Shown one piece after another: positions 48,741-61,345 of a stretch of 64,000 nt of DNA; position 1 is the stretch's first letter, and each line of letters starts with the position of its first letter. Source of the DNA: Sphaerodactylus townsendi (lineage: Eukaryota); contig NC_059427.1 in NCBI RefSeq assembly GCF_021028975.2, positions 115,878,001 through 115,942,000 of the forward strand. The letters run 5' to 3'. The translations under genes and the position numbers were made by a program. Under the pieces are notes generated by a model that had not been told where the DNA came from, searched no databases, and saw only the letters and a list, made by a program, of their open reading frames with translations.

Positions 48741-48856
48741 AATTTTCACCAAAGCTGGTTGGATTGACGGGTAGCAAAGAGCAGATTGATCAGGTGGCTC
48801 GAGCATACCGTGTCTATTATAGCCCTGGGCCAAAAGATGAAGATAATGATTATATC
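48741..48856 (+). CDS. SCO1: SCO1 exon 5
   Basis: ttcaag|AA...ATC|gtaagt; encodes [39 protein letters not shown]; 116 nt. Confidence 0.95.
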
Positions 48857-49820
48857 GTAAGTGCATGTAATTTTCAACATTATATCAGAGTGGAGAATGC
48901 TGGAGAGAGGGGACTTTGTGAAGGTACATTCTGGGGCTTATGAAGTAAACAGAACAGCGGCTAGAGTACGAAGGTAAAGCGATAGTTCTGCCTAAGGTAT
49001 TCAGGAGGCTGTGCGAAAATGAAGGGCAGCAAGGCTAACAGGCTGTTGGAAAAGTGCTAATGGAAAACTGTTTGCTGGTTTAGAAAATTTCTGTACTGCT
49101 TCTCCAGAGACTCTGCTGAAGGTGGCTTACTAACAGTGGGTATAGCTTGTTCTTGACAAGAGAACTTTTAATGCAAGACTGTGGAGTTTCTGCAACTGGT
49201 GGTGTATTTAAGTTTAGAGGTCTGCCATGACGAGCGTTCTGAACAGCACTTGCCAAGGTGTCTGTTTTCATTTGGACCCAGCAAAGCTGTCAGTTCTCTA
49301 ATTTGCAATCCACCTCTGTTGCATTGTTTGTATATATTATTTGCAATTGTGTTGACTCCTTAAGCCAGTCTTTTTGTTTGATAGAGAGGGCTGATGTACA
49401 GAGTGCTAACGTACAGAAGTCAGTAGAAGATGCCCCCATATGTGCTTTGTGTATATTCTGTGGTTCAGATGGACCCTCCTGCACAACTGAAAACTTGTAG
49501 TGGGCTGTTTAAAGCTAGGATGTGTTTGAAAATGTTTGGTTTTCCCTCTGCAGACAAGTTTGGCAAAGAACAGTCCCGTGGGATTTCTTTCTTCTGCAGG
49601 GTTTGACTGCTTTCATGGTCCTGTGATGTTTTTTCCCCACAGTTTTACATCATTTAATTTTTCTGATTAAAAAACCATCATGCCTGAATTGCCCCTCCAC
49701 TACATACCAAGACCCTGAAGAAATTACAATTTCTCGAGTGGCAGTCTGAGGGGCTGGTGGTCTGAGGGGCTGACTTGCTGTTGAGTATCATCTCAATTTG
49801 TCATGTGTATTCTTTTGCAG

Positions 49821-49952
49821 GTGGATCACACCATCATAATGTATCTTGTTGGGCCGGATGGGGGATTCCTTGATTATTATGGCCAAAACAAGAAGCATTC
49901 TGAGATTGCAGCTTCAATTGCTGGGCACATGAGACAGTATAAACCAAGCTAA
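49821..49952 (+). CDS. SCO1: SCO1 exon 6 (to stop; Cu-ligand His in VDHT)
   Basis: ttgcag|GTG GAT CAC...; encodes [43 protein letters not shown]. Total CDS 780 nt (259 aa). Confidence 0.96.
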   Translation: MDHTIIMYLVGPDGGFLDYYGQNKKHSEIAASIAGHMRQYKPS

Positions 49953-50551
49953 GGTACAGGAAGTTTTTGGCTACAAGGCAAGCAAGTGGAAGCAGAGTTG
50001 TGCAAGCGATTTTTCTTGGCACTTACCTTATGGGCTTGAAGTTGCAACAAAGATATGCCCACAGTTAAGCCTTTAATTTGGACTAAATAAGGAGCCAGTA
50101 TGGAAGAATGCTTTTCTTTGAATGTGCCTTAAAATTGCATTTGTTGATGGTTGAGAGGGGCCATAATGAAATGTTTCCTCTGAAAAGATGACTGCTTTTA
50201 GATGTTAGTCACTGAAGCCTTGGAATCTTCTCCCCGCCCTTGTAGTGCATATTCTTACCCTTCTGAATAGACACACATGGAGTAAAAGTCAAATCCCAAC
50301 AGGACTGAAGGCACTGTATACAGGACCAGTTTTCTCTGGCACCTGAGCATCGCTGGCAAGTCAGACTGTGGCTTCAGCCTAAGTTCCAAGGGAGGAGTCC
50401 TTCACAGCCGTAGAAACTGTCTTGTTGGATTTTTGAAACGTGTAATATGGCAGTAGAAGGCTAAGGAGCATGATAAAAGGGCAATTGAATATGAAGAATA
50501 TTGATTATGTACATAACATGTTACAAATTACATCCATTGTGCAAACAATGA

Positions 50552-50557
50552 AATAAA
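50552..50557 (+). terminator. candidate SCO1 polyadenylation signal
   Basis: AATAAA about 600 nt after the stop; usage not verified. Confidence 0.45.
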
Positions 50558-51648
50558 TTGAGAGAAATCTAGAACTATGCTATCTTACATTGGATGAAGT
50601 GAATGTAGTTCTTCAAAGCATGATTTGTCTGTCTCCGTTGCTTTCTGAGTTGACTGATGTTCCATTGATCAAGAGAAAAACAGTGTTTGCAGAGCCTAGA
50701 TATGGGTGTTACAAATATGTCAGGCAAGCTTTATGTGCTGATGATGGAGGAATGTGCAGTACCCAACTGCACTGAGTTTGCCACAAGAACACATTAACAG
50801 AAAAGTGAACTTCTAGACTGGCTCCAAAGAGACGGAAATGCTTGTTAGCCTGCTCTTTTGCTATTGGATGCAGAATGCACACTATCATGTTCATCATGAG
50901 CAAATGGAGCATTTGAGTAATTGGAGGAACTTCTCTGGGTAAACTGGTGGCAGGCTGCTGTGCATCTGCTGCCCTGCCCCTCCTTCCTGAGTGCTTGGCC
51001 TGTATTCATTTCTCTGTTTTGAAAGCCTGGGTCTGAAAAGGGTTGTACCTTTGGAATGTAGCACGGTTTCATCGGGAAGACAGATCGTAATATAAGAAGA
51101 TTTCCATGATACTGAAATACCTTCTCTGCTTCTGAGATGCCTGGTAGATTAAAGGAGACTTCGCCTTTTTTTTTTTTTTAACCAAGTGTCTGTTAAGAAT
51201 TTCCTTGGGTCACTTTGCACTAATACTTTTGTGACTTTGTAGAATTTAACCCTCATTCTCAGCTGTTAAGGAGTCTATGCAGAGGCAACTCTTTTCCCCT
51301 TCTTTACATTGCATGTATGTGTCAGAAAACGGAGACCATTTGATACCTCTGAAGGAGTCAAGCTACTAAAGTAAATTTACTTGAGTGTAACTCATTTTTT
51401 TCTGGCTATATGTGTTCATGAGTAGATTTGTTGGTCCATTTTTTAAATGCCTCACTGGGGAAGAGAACTGAAGTCACATTCTCATTATATAGCATTTAAA
51501 ATTTCAGCCAAAAATACGAGGTTTATTGGAGAATCTGAACTTAGCATGGCTCTGTATTCTTTACTTTTCCAGACTGTTAACAAGGTTTTGATGTCTGTCT
51601 GTATTCCCCTTGAAAAGAAAAACCACCTAACCCCTTCAGGCAGTCCAA

Positions 51649-52532
51649 GGCCGTTTCTGCACAGCACAATCATACCAGGTTACAATCAGTATCTTACAAT
51701 CCAGGTCTATTTTATCCTGGTTTATCCGTTTGCATGACTGCCCGATTCTGCAAAGGAGTCGAGTGAAAACTGGGAGGAAATACTCCAATTTCTTTTGCAC
51801 GAGCCTGGCTTTTTTTGTTTTTACAACGTAGATGCAGCAGGCATGCTCGAACATCCCCGGTGTGCTGCACTCTGATTGACTCTCCCCCCCTCCTTCCCAA
51901 AGGCAATGCTTCTGATTGGCGGATCCACAGCAACTGCAGGAAAACCAAGCAAGGACACACACACCCCTTTTCTCTAGCTTTGGAAAGGAGCCAGTGCAGT
52001 GAGCAACATGGCAAGCATATTGTGCTATACAAAGTAAAAACTTTTGACCAATACTAGACAGAGCACTATGTCCCATCCACATTTAAAGGTGTGCAGGAAA
52101 CCACAGCATGAGACACTCACACACACACCCCTGATATGCCAAATAACATTTGGTCTTTGGGGTATCATACAATGAAAGGGTCCTGCCAGGCAGGCGGCGT
52201 TGGCGTCCCCCCCCTGCCCCCCCGACTAGGATCCCTTTGGGAACATGAGCCGGGAGCTGCAGGACTGGACTGGCTGTGAGCATGATGTAAGGCAAGGAGG
52301 TCAGGCAGCGGAGTGAGAAAAATAAATTGGTTTTGTTCCCATGCCCTTCGCATGGAAGTGATTCAACACTGGATTTTTGAAAAGGATCACCATTTTGGCA
52401 ATTTTTGAAAAACCTAGGATTAGGGAAATATTGCGGGACAAGCCCGCTTTAGGATTATTGTGCAAACTTCTTGGCCAAACTGGGATATTTCTCTTGCTCA
52501 ATCTGGGATATTTGGACCATGCAGAAACAGCC
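51649..52532. mobile_element. PIF/Harbinger-like non-autonomous element
   Basis: GGCCGTTTCTGCAC...ATGCAGAAACAGCC ends; TSD CAA. Confidence 0.72.
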
Positions 52533-54279
52533 CAAGAATGAATCCAGATTCTCAAAACTCCATAAAGAATCTTATTCTGATAACACCAGGAAAAGGATCG
52601 GTGGATCCCCAAATTCTTAGTCCATCTCTGATTACATGGCTTCTAATTTGCGTTGCATTTTTGCGTTGATTTTTTAGCCTATAAGTAATTATGTAGACCT
52701 ACTTCCAAACCTCCAGTTTCTAATTTTATTACTCTTTATTCTGGATTTTTAATCCCGTCCACAATCCAAACCAAGTGGGATGTTTGCTAATATGGTTTAA
52801 TATTGGGTACAGATAGTTCTGTCTTTTTTCTTATCTTGTACAACTTGAAATCTTGGCTTTTTGCCATATCATCTGAACGTATTTATATGTTTCTGCCATT
52901 CCCTCAAGGTATTTTTCCTGTACCTAGAATGGAAACATCTGAAATTAAAAAATTAATTTTGGCAATACATTTTTATTAGAGAAATTCTTTCTAGTCAAGA
53001 GATTTTTAGTTTTGACCATCTCTGAAAGTCTTGTACCTTTACCTACATTGCTTAAAAATTATCTTTGAATAGTGTATCATTTTGCCCAGCCAAGTTTATT
53101 ACTAAATATTTGGTAATATGTGTGTGCACCCCACTCCCCACTGTCCCCCCCCCCCCAGGCTCCGCTGCCAATGATCATTCACCAGGATGCTGCAAGATAC
53201 TGGCTTGAAATTGGGTCACTGACTACACTCAGCAGGACCCAAGGGAAGGTAGCCTACTCCCAAGCTGAGAGTCAGCTGAAGTAAAGCCATGGAGGCAGTT
53301 TGCAATTAAAGAAACACCCAAAGCTACTGCTTCTTATTGACCTAAGGAAAAGAGGCAGGTGAGGGAAGGGATTGTATGTAAGTTCAGTGTTGGTCATCTG
53401 GGTGGGCTCAGGGACCCTTATCAATGGTGAAAATCCATTTTAAGCTCTGGGTGGTACAGGATTGTATATTTCTTGTATACAAGTCACCCAAATCTTGTAT
53501 ACAAGTCACCCAAATCATGGCATGTCTCCTTTGACACATAGGTTCACCATCACTGATCTAGAGAGTGTAAAGATACAACCAAAGGTCTTCGCTGATCAAT
53601 GAACAGAAATATTAAACACAAAATGGTACATAAATCAGCTAGTCTGCCTAGCAGTTTAAAATTAAAATTAATTCCAGAAAATAACTTATTTTTTTAATTG
53701 TTGCCAGTAGAAATTAAAGTTAGTAGACTGCAGTACCAAAGGCCTTCTGTTGATGATACACCTGTACCCAATGTGTTTTACAAATTTAATTCAAGATGGG
53801 TAAAAGTGAAAACCATTGAAGCTGAAACAACAGCAAATGGCACAGTGTATCTGATCAAGACAACTTACTGCATGAACTGAGAGTGAGTATTAGTTCTACT
53901 CTAAGCACAGAGGTCAAGAACAGCAGACTCTAATCTGGAGAAGTGTCTCGATTCCTCGCTTCTTTACATGAAGCCTGCTGGGTGACCTTGGACCAGTCGC
54001 AGTTCTTTCAGAACTCTCTCAGCCCATGTGGAGGCAAGCAAAGGGAGACCACCTCTGAATGTAGGTTGCCTTGAAAACCCCATAGGTTCACCATAAATCA
54101 ATCATGACTTGATGATACTTTCCACCACCACCACCAAGTTCAAATCAACAGTCCCAATTGCACTGACTTTGCATAGCATACCTTTTTATTAGCATGTCAG
54201 TATGTCCCAACTGACTTTCAGGTCTTACTTGTAATATGCGTTTTCAACACCAAGAAGCAAAAATGATCAGAACAGAAGT

Positions 54280-55375
54280 CATTTAATTTCTTTTTGTATT
54301 GATATTATGGGATACATTTTATCTATATTTTCCAACAATGCTCTTTCATCCTGAAAAACCTGGTGAAACAGTAGGAAGGTTAGGGGTAGGGAGGGAAATA
54401 GTCTGAAATGTTGGTGAAATTGCTCATACATGAAAAAGCCCAGAAAATCTTGACAGAAGGCACAGCCTCCTTGGAGTGTGAAGGTATTAAATACTGACAT
54501 GGTTTGTTGAGAAACAAAGACTTCTTTCCATGAGGACAGCAAATTTGTGTCCGCCCAGGCTATGTCTATTACTGGAACAAACACTTCATTGCAAGAGGTG
54601 ACAAGTATGTATAATTAAATTGTTCAAAAATAATGTACCTTCAGATGTTTTAAAGAGTTCTGGTCCTATAGAGCGAGACATGAATCAAAAAGCTTATTTT
54701 TATTTATTTATTTATTTGATGTCTAAGTCATTTTTCCCCATACAGATAACAAACAGTGACCATCTCTGAGTGGCAGTTAAATAGAGAACGAGTAGCTTTA
54801 AATTTCTGTGTGAACCATAGTTGGGAAGGCACATTGGTTGATTTTTTAATATTTTAAAATAGATTTCCATGCTGCTCAGTACTTTTTATTTTTAAAAAGT
54901 TTTTATTATTAGAACATAGAAAACTTACAAACAAAAAAAGGACAGAAAATACATTTCACAAAGGGACTTCTGATTTTGTCTGTACCGGGTAGAAAATTTA
55001 AGCAATTACTTTCTGTCTAAATTACCTTTATAAAATTAATTCTTAATTATTTCTAGTAAGTTTCACAATTTTCTCTGTCTTTTTTTCTTGATCTTCTGTT
55101 TCAAATCCAAAAATCATCCATTCATTTTTTCTGTTTTACACAGATAGTCTATCCAAATTATCCAAACATTAGGTAAGTTCTTTTCTCTAATCAAAGATGT
55201 TTAGCGCTCTCCGCCAACTCCAGCTTCACAAGTCACTCTTCTGTCATAGGTACAGATAAAGTTTTCCCATTTTTGCACATATAACATTCTTTCAACTGCT
55301 GCCATATGTAAAAGTCTCATCAAGATGGCCTCAGTTTTAACACACATTTGAAACATTTTTATATGTCTTTGCCAA
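54280..55375 (-). mobile_element. degraded L1-clade fragments
   Basis: Minus-strand similarity to RT-region and 3'-end L1 relics elsewhere in the window; boundaries approximate. Confidence 0.45.
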
Positions 55376-56775
55376 TTTATCTGGTGACAGGTACCAACCT
55401 TCACCCTTTTTGAGCCTGTTGGTACATTTGGAATTCTGACATAGGGTGGTGGGCATAACCACAAAATGGCTGCCACAGGAGGTGGAACCAAATACAAAAC
55501 ATTAGAGTGTGAGTGTTGTCCATAACTCTTAATAATGACTCTTCAACATATCAGGCAGAAACTCTGTTTACTAGGATCCCTTTTAAAATAAAAGTGTGGT
55601 TTTAAAATATCTTCCTGTATGTACACAGATTTTCAGAGCACCTGCTGAGACAATTAGGTGCTATTATTCTACTGATTGCAGCATGTGAAACATTCCCTGT
55701 TCCAGCAGCTAAATAAATCAGAATTGTTGGAGAAGAAGGCAGAATGCTAGTTCTGGCAAATCAAGATTTGGTTTCTCTCCTTACCTATGAGCAGGAAGAC
55801 TATTTTTTTAAAAGATGCATATTCATGCCTGTCTCATCTATGCTTTAGTCGGAGGGGAAGAATGTCTACTTAACAGAATGAAGAATGTCTACTTAACAGA
55901 AAGGCACTATTAACAATGTGACTGTATCTATAAAGAATAACCTCTTTATCGGGTTTGAGATGAAGGGGAGTCTGATCTTCAGCCAATCACCTCATTCCTG
56001 CTCTTTGCCCTTCAGAGTTTCACTTTTGTCAGCACTTTCTTGGCTTGGGCCATTGGAGATCTCCTTACAATCAGGAACAACTGCTGCATTCCAAGGGGGG
56101 AGGAACAGATTCCTTCTGGCATGCCTACTACTTTCCATAAAGTGCTACAAATAACTAGGGAGTCAAAGTCAGTGGGAAGGAGACAGCTCCTTTTCCTGTT
56201 CTTTGTCTCCCTGTGTCATACCGTCATCAGTCAGGAGAGGACACTCAAAGCAACCCAGCTTTGTTAACAATGATGAATATGTTGCACTGCTGAAAGTACC
56301 CAAAGATGTTTTCTTAACTATCTTAGGTTTTATTTCTGAAAATTCACTGCAAACCAAAATGGCCGGGGGTAGAAATAGTCAAGTGAATGCATCAGAATTT
56401 CCTTAGCATGCTCACCAGGCAGAATTTCTTGGCAAAGGTTGTGAAGTAAAAACAGACAGGTGTTTCTAAGGAATGATAATACCCTGCTAGTATTTAACTG
56501 TATTTTTCTCATAAGCAGTTCTTATTTTCTAAAAACATTTGAATGTAATTAACCACTTCTTGCTATACCTCTATATCTGAGGCATTTTGGCTTGGAAAGT
56601 TCTAACTCAATTCATGTTAAAAGAAGTTGTTTCACTTAAAGGCCTCATATCAGTTTTATATTTGACTAAGTTGAAGCTACATAATGGAATGCTTAACAGG
56701 TACAGACTTTGTTATGTCTTCCTAAAGTAACCAACCATGTTTGGAATGTTCCTTGTTTCTATTGGCTTGGCCAAT

Positions 56776-56982
56776 AGACCTAGATGGCCCAGGCCATCTT
56801 GTCAGCTCTCAAAAACTAAGTAGGGGTAGCCTTGGTTAGTGTTTGGATGGCAGACCACCAAGGAAGACCAGAGTCACTATGCAGAGGTGGGTTATGGCAA
56901 ACCATCTCTAAACATCTCCTGCCTTGAAAACGCCATGGGGCACCATAAATCCGCTGTGACTTGATAGCACTTTCCACCACCA
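56776..56982 (+). mobile_element. 5S rRNA-derived SINE (other copies about 25480-25650 +, 27394-27540 +, 28398-28590 -)
   Basis: Heads resemble the 5S internal control region (GATCTCGGAAGCTAAGCAGGG...CCTGGTTAGTACTTGGATGGGAGACC), fused to a shared tail GGCAAACCACCTCT...TGCCTTGAAAAC...GACTTGATGGCACTTT. Confidence 0.75.
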
Positions 56983-58289
56983 TATTAATACTTGTAGGTG
57001 CAATGATACTGCATATAACAGGCCAACAGTCTGGATGTAATAAACACAGGCAAATGGTTGGCTACAGCTATTTTTGCACAGCAGAAGGGGGAAGTTACTT
57101 TAGGAATAAAGACACTTGAGGCTGATTGCTTCAGGAAAAAAAAGTCTAGTGTTGTTGTTAGTCTTGAAGGTATCAGCTTTCACAATTTACAGGCCGCTTT
57201 TTCAGCCAGGTATGTGAAGGGGAAATAGTACTGGGAAATTTGTGGGAGGCGGAACCAAGGTTTGGTTTTAATTACACCAAGAGTCTTCTGAGTTCTAATC
57301 TCTATGTAAGGAGAAAAGCAAGGAACTGAAAAGAGGGAGGAGGGGCTATAGGTCAGTGGTGGACCATCTGCTTTACATGCAGAAGTTCTCAGGTTCAATC
57401 ACTGGCGTCTCCTGTCAAAAAGGCCAGATAGTAGGTGATGGACCAATCATTTGTTTCAGTATAAGGCAGCTTCATGTGGTCATGTGATGAATAAAGCTCA
57501 GGTATTAGTTGTGTTGTATTTGAACAGAATGAACAATTACACATACCTAGATGGAGAGGGAGGACAGGGGTTAGAACAGAGCACATATAGTTTAAGTAAA
57601 AATTTACTGATACTGGTACAAAGTTACAGTGTGGTAAAGCATGATAAGAACAGCCAATGGAAATTGCTTAAATGTGGACTCTGGAGAGCTATTAGAGACA
57701 GCAGTGACTGAAGAAACCTGAGCCTCAGTAAGCAAGGATGACATGTAGTATAGCGTTTATTTGCTAAAATGAGTTCTCATTCAGAACGATAACATATATT
57801 TCCTTTGAATTTTAAAATGTATGAATAATGACTTTCAGGCTTGTGATTGCTTTAGGGAAGAAATTGGTGTTCTTTGTTATTATGGAATTATATACTATGA
57901 TAACCGAGGAAGAATAGGTTCTCTAGCTATCAATCTAAACTAGGTTGGGTAGAGATTATGAAACCATATGTTCAGTCAAATAAGCCAAAAGAGAATGAGG
58001 CAGTCAGGAGAAAAGGAAGGGTAAACAAGGGACAGTAGCTGAACAGACAAAAAGAAGGATCCAGAAGCATCTGGCTTATCTGCCTCACTAGCCCTCTTCC
58101 CCCCTCTGAAATACTGATGTGCTTGGTGCAAGGAGACTTTGCACTGTCCTTTGCTTTAATCACAATGATGTGATCACAGGTAAAGAGTGGATGCATCTGT
58201 TCATTATTTAGTTTCCATAACGGATGCAGAACCTAAATTGTGCCATGATTCCAAATGTCTGTTACATCTTTAAATGTCAATGAATTAGT

Positions 58290-58480
58290 ACAGAATCATA
58301 AAATCTTAGAGTTGGAAGAAACCCCAAGGGCCATCAAGTCCAACCCCTTGCCATGCAGGAATATACAATCAAGGCAGCCCTGACAGATGGCCATCCAGCC
58401 TCTGTTTAAAAACCTCCAAAGAAGGAGGCAGTGTATCCCACTATTGAACAGCTCTTACTGTCAGGAAGTTCTTCAGGAAG
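58290..58480 (-). mobile_element. CR1 3' end
   Basis: AGAATCATA...GAGTTGGAAG...CCATCCAGCCTCTGTTTAAAAACCTCC is the reverse complement of the 42.8-kb CR1 3' UTR. A similar short piece lies at about 44240-44335. Confidence 0.8.
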
Positions 58481-60937
58481 TAAAACATGGGACTATTTCA
58501 TTACGTCCCGAAACAGGTCCAGGATGAGAAGCGGACTATTAAGAAGCTGGTAAGATAAAACCCCTAATTAAAAGCCTAGGTTTTTTAAAAGGACATATTT
58601 GGGATGGTATGAAAAGAAAAGAAAGTTGGCATCAGGCAAAGTTCAGGGGAAGAACATTCCAAGGGTGAGATGCCACTGCAGAATATGCTGCCTTACCTCT
58701 GAAAGCATGGGGACAGAGAGCAGGACTAGAAAGGACCTGTTTCCTCCTCTTCTTGCTCACTAGCCAGCTTATTTTATCTGACCCGTCTTCAGCTTTCCCT
58801 CCTACCCTTCACCTGGGCCCAGTTACAAGGTGGGGAACCCACAAGAACTTGTGGGGGAGACCTCCCTTTCCCCTGTATCACCATCCCCACATTAATTCAT
58901 CTTTCCTTCTTTCTTGGCAACCCCCCATATCATCACCTTTTCCTGCTTTCTCTTCCCACCTTTTGTCTGCTTCCTGTTTCCAGCTATGTTTGTTTGCTTC
59001 CATTTTTCTCCACAAAGGGAACCCAACATAGCTTACAACATTATCCTCTCTGCTACTTTATCCTCACAACAACTATGAACCAAGTTATGCTAAAAAGGTA
59101 TAAGTGGTCTACAGTCACCCCGAAAGCTTCCATGGCAGAGTGGAGATTTAAACCTGGGTCTCCAAGAGCCCGTCTGAAACTCTGACCACTATTGACCAGT
59201 ACACCAAACTGGGTTTTCACAGTGTGGCAAGCAATTTGTCCTGATTGAGTCTTGCAAGTTGCATGGTATCCAGTGGTTGTTGCCAGGCCTGGTCCCGGTG
59301 AGTCCTCCCTCAAATCTAAAACACCCTTTGAAAGGACTCAGCTTCTTTCCATGCTTTTTATTAACTGAGGCCTGAAGGCTGGAAATACTGTTGAGGTTGC
59401 CTAGCAACTCCACTAATGACTGCTGATAGGGTATTAATTTTTTTAAGATACAGGCATTGCTTCTATTAATTTGGGGATTTTGACACTCCCTCAAGATGGC
59501 AGATTTTTTCTGCAAATTCAGGACGCTCTTAACTACTACACCATGCTCTGTAACCACTGTAGAACTGGTAAAACAGAACTATAAATCTCAGGGAAGCCAA
59601 TGAAATGTACATCTAAAAATGTCTTGGGCCAATGATAAGTTCATAAATGGACAACTTGGAAAAGAGTTAACAAGTCTTATTATCAAGAGTAAGGGTCACA
59701 AATTGTAAAAAGATAAAAATTAGTTAAGAATGCAGCAGGAGTCTAGTAAAATTCTAGTTTGAATGCCCTTGAGTTATGGAGCTTTAATTATGCTCAAAAT
59801 AATCCCCCCCCCTCCCCCTCCCCATCATGGCACATTCTTGGAGGAAGGTTCTGAGATGCTAATGGGTCTGGCCAAAATTCATCTTATAATTTTTAAAACT
59901 TGTTTCTGACTGTGCTTTCAAAATAAGATGAGCTCTTTCCACAAATCAGTTGGGGAAATGGGGTGGGAAAGTATGTAGCTATATCTTTCAATGTAGATAT
60001 AAGTTGATAAAAAGTAAGGTAATCAGTGCTTTGGGGAGCTTTTTACAGGGAAAACCAAACAGAAAGAATCTATTGGTGACATTTCTCCTAGTGTCAAATC
60101 ATCAAAATTCCATTTTGAAGTTAGGAATGTGTGTGAATGGGGGATATTCTGATGTATGAACTTTTCTGGATCTCAGCCATAATATATATATTTGTTATTT
60201 ATGGAAAGAAGACATTTAGTATCTTGAAAATGTCTGTGGTTCTTCCCTTACAGCTTTTCCTGTCCTGCCCAGTACTTGTTGAGACAGAATGAATAGAATT
60301 GCAGTCATGTCATAACTGACTTCAAGTTTAATTTACACAAAGTCATATGTGTAAATATATTTTTACCCATATTATGTATTTTCTATTCCATTCTTGGTAA
60401 TCCTTAGTATTATATCTGTATTGTGTGTGTGTTGTTCAAGGATTTAATTAACATTTATCTAAAGATCTCTTGCTGTACTCAAACTAAATGCAGAATTGGT
60501 TATATTCTCCAATTACTATACTTAAATGTGAACAGAATCTTATCATTAAGATCCATGACTGAATGGATTTGAAGTGTTTATTGCCCTTCTAAAACTGTAA
60601 TGCAGTGGCTCAGATCTTCCTGTAATTTCTGTAGATGGAACAGGTTTCCATCTAAGGAGTGCAAATTGTCTACCTTCCTCATCCTAATGTTGCTTTAAAT
60701 GCCCTCTGAAATACTGCTCTTGGGGGACAAGTGCCCCCTTCCCAACAACAGATCAGCATAAGGAAAGAATGGGATGTCTTCAGTGGGAGGGAGTACTGCA
60801 AAAATCACAACCCCTTCAATTCACAGACTCCTCCATTGGTTCCTAAGCCTTTCAATTTAAATGTTGCTGTCTAAAGAAAGAGAGTAAAGTGCTACCATGG
60901 AGGAATGAATGCTGTTTGTATTTGCCAGCCTGATGTT

Positions 60938-61345
60938 TAGGGCTGCCAACTCTGGGTTGGGAAATACGTGGAGATTTGGGAATGCATGGTGCCTGAGGGC
61001 AGGGTTTGGGGAGAGTGGTCTTCAGAAGTGTAGAGGTGCCAATCTCCAGATGGTGGCTAGAAATCTCCTGAGACTACAATTCATCTCCAGATCACAGAGA
61101 TCAGTTCACCTGGAGAAAATGGTTGCAGGTAGCATTATGACATCATATCCCTCCCCTTCCCAAACCTCCCTCCTCAGGCTCAACCTCTAAAATCTCCAGG
61201 TATTTGCCAACTTGGAGCTGGCAACCCTAATGCCATAGATCCCACCCTCCAAACCAGCCATTTTCTACAGGTGAACTAATCTCTGTTGCCTGGAGATCAG
61301 TTGTAATCCTTGGTCTCCAGCTGTCACCTGGAGATTGGCAAATCT
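60938..61345. mobile_element. TAGGGTTGCCA-terminated (hAT-Blackjack-like) MITE with an opposite-orientation copy nested at 61031-61229
   Basis: Outer element TAGGGCTGCCAAC...GATTGGCAAATCT; inner element TAGAGGTGCCAATC...TGGCAACCCTA. A related copy lies at about 22645-22840. Confidence 0.6.
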
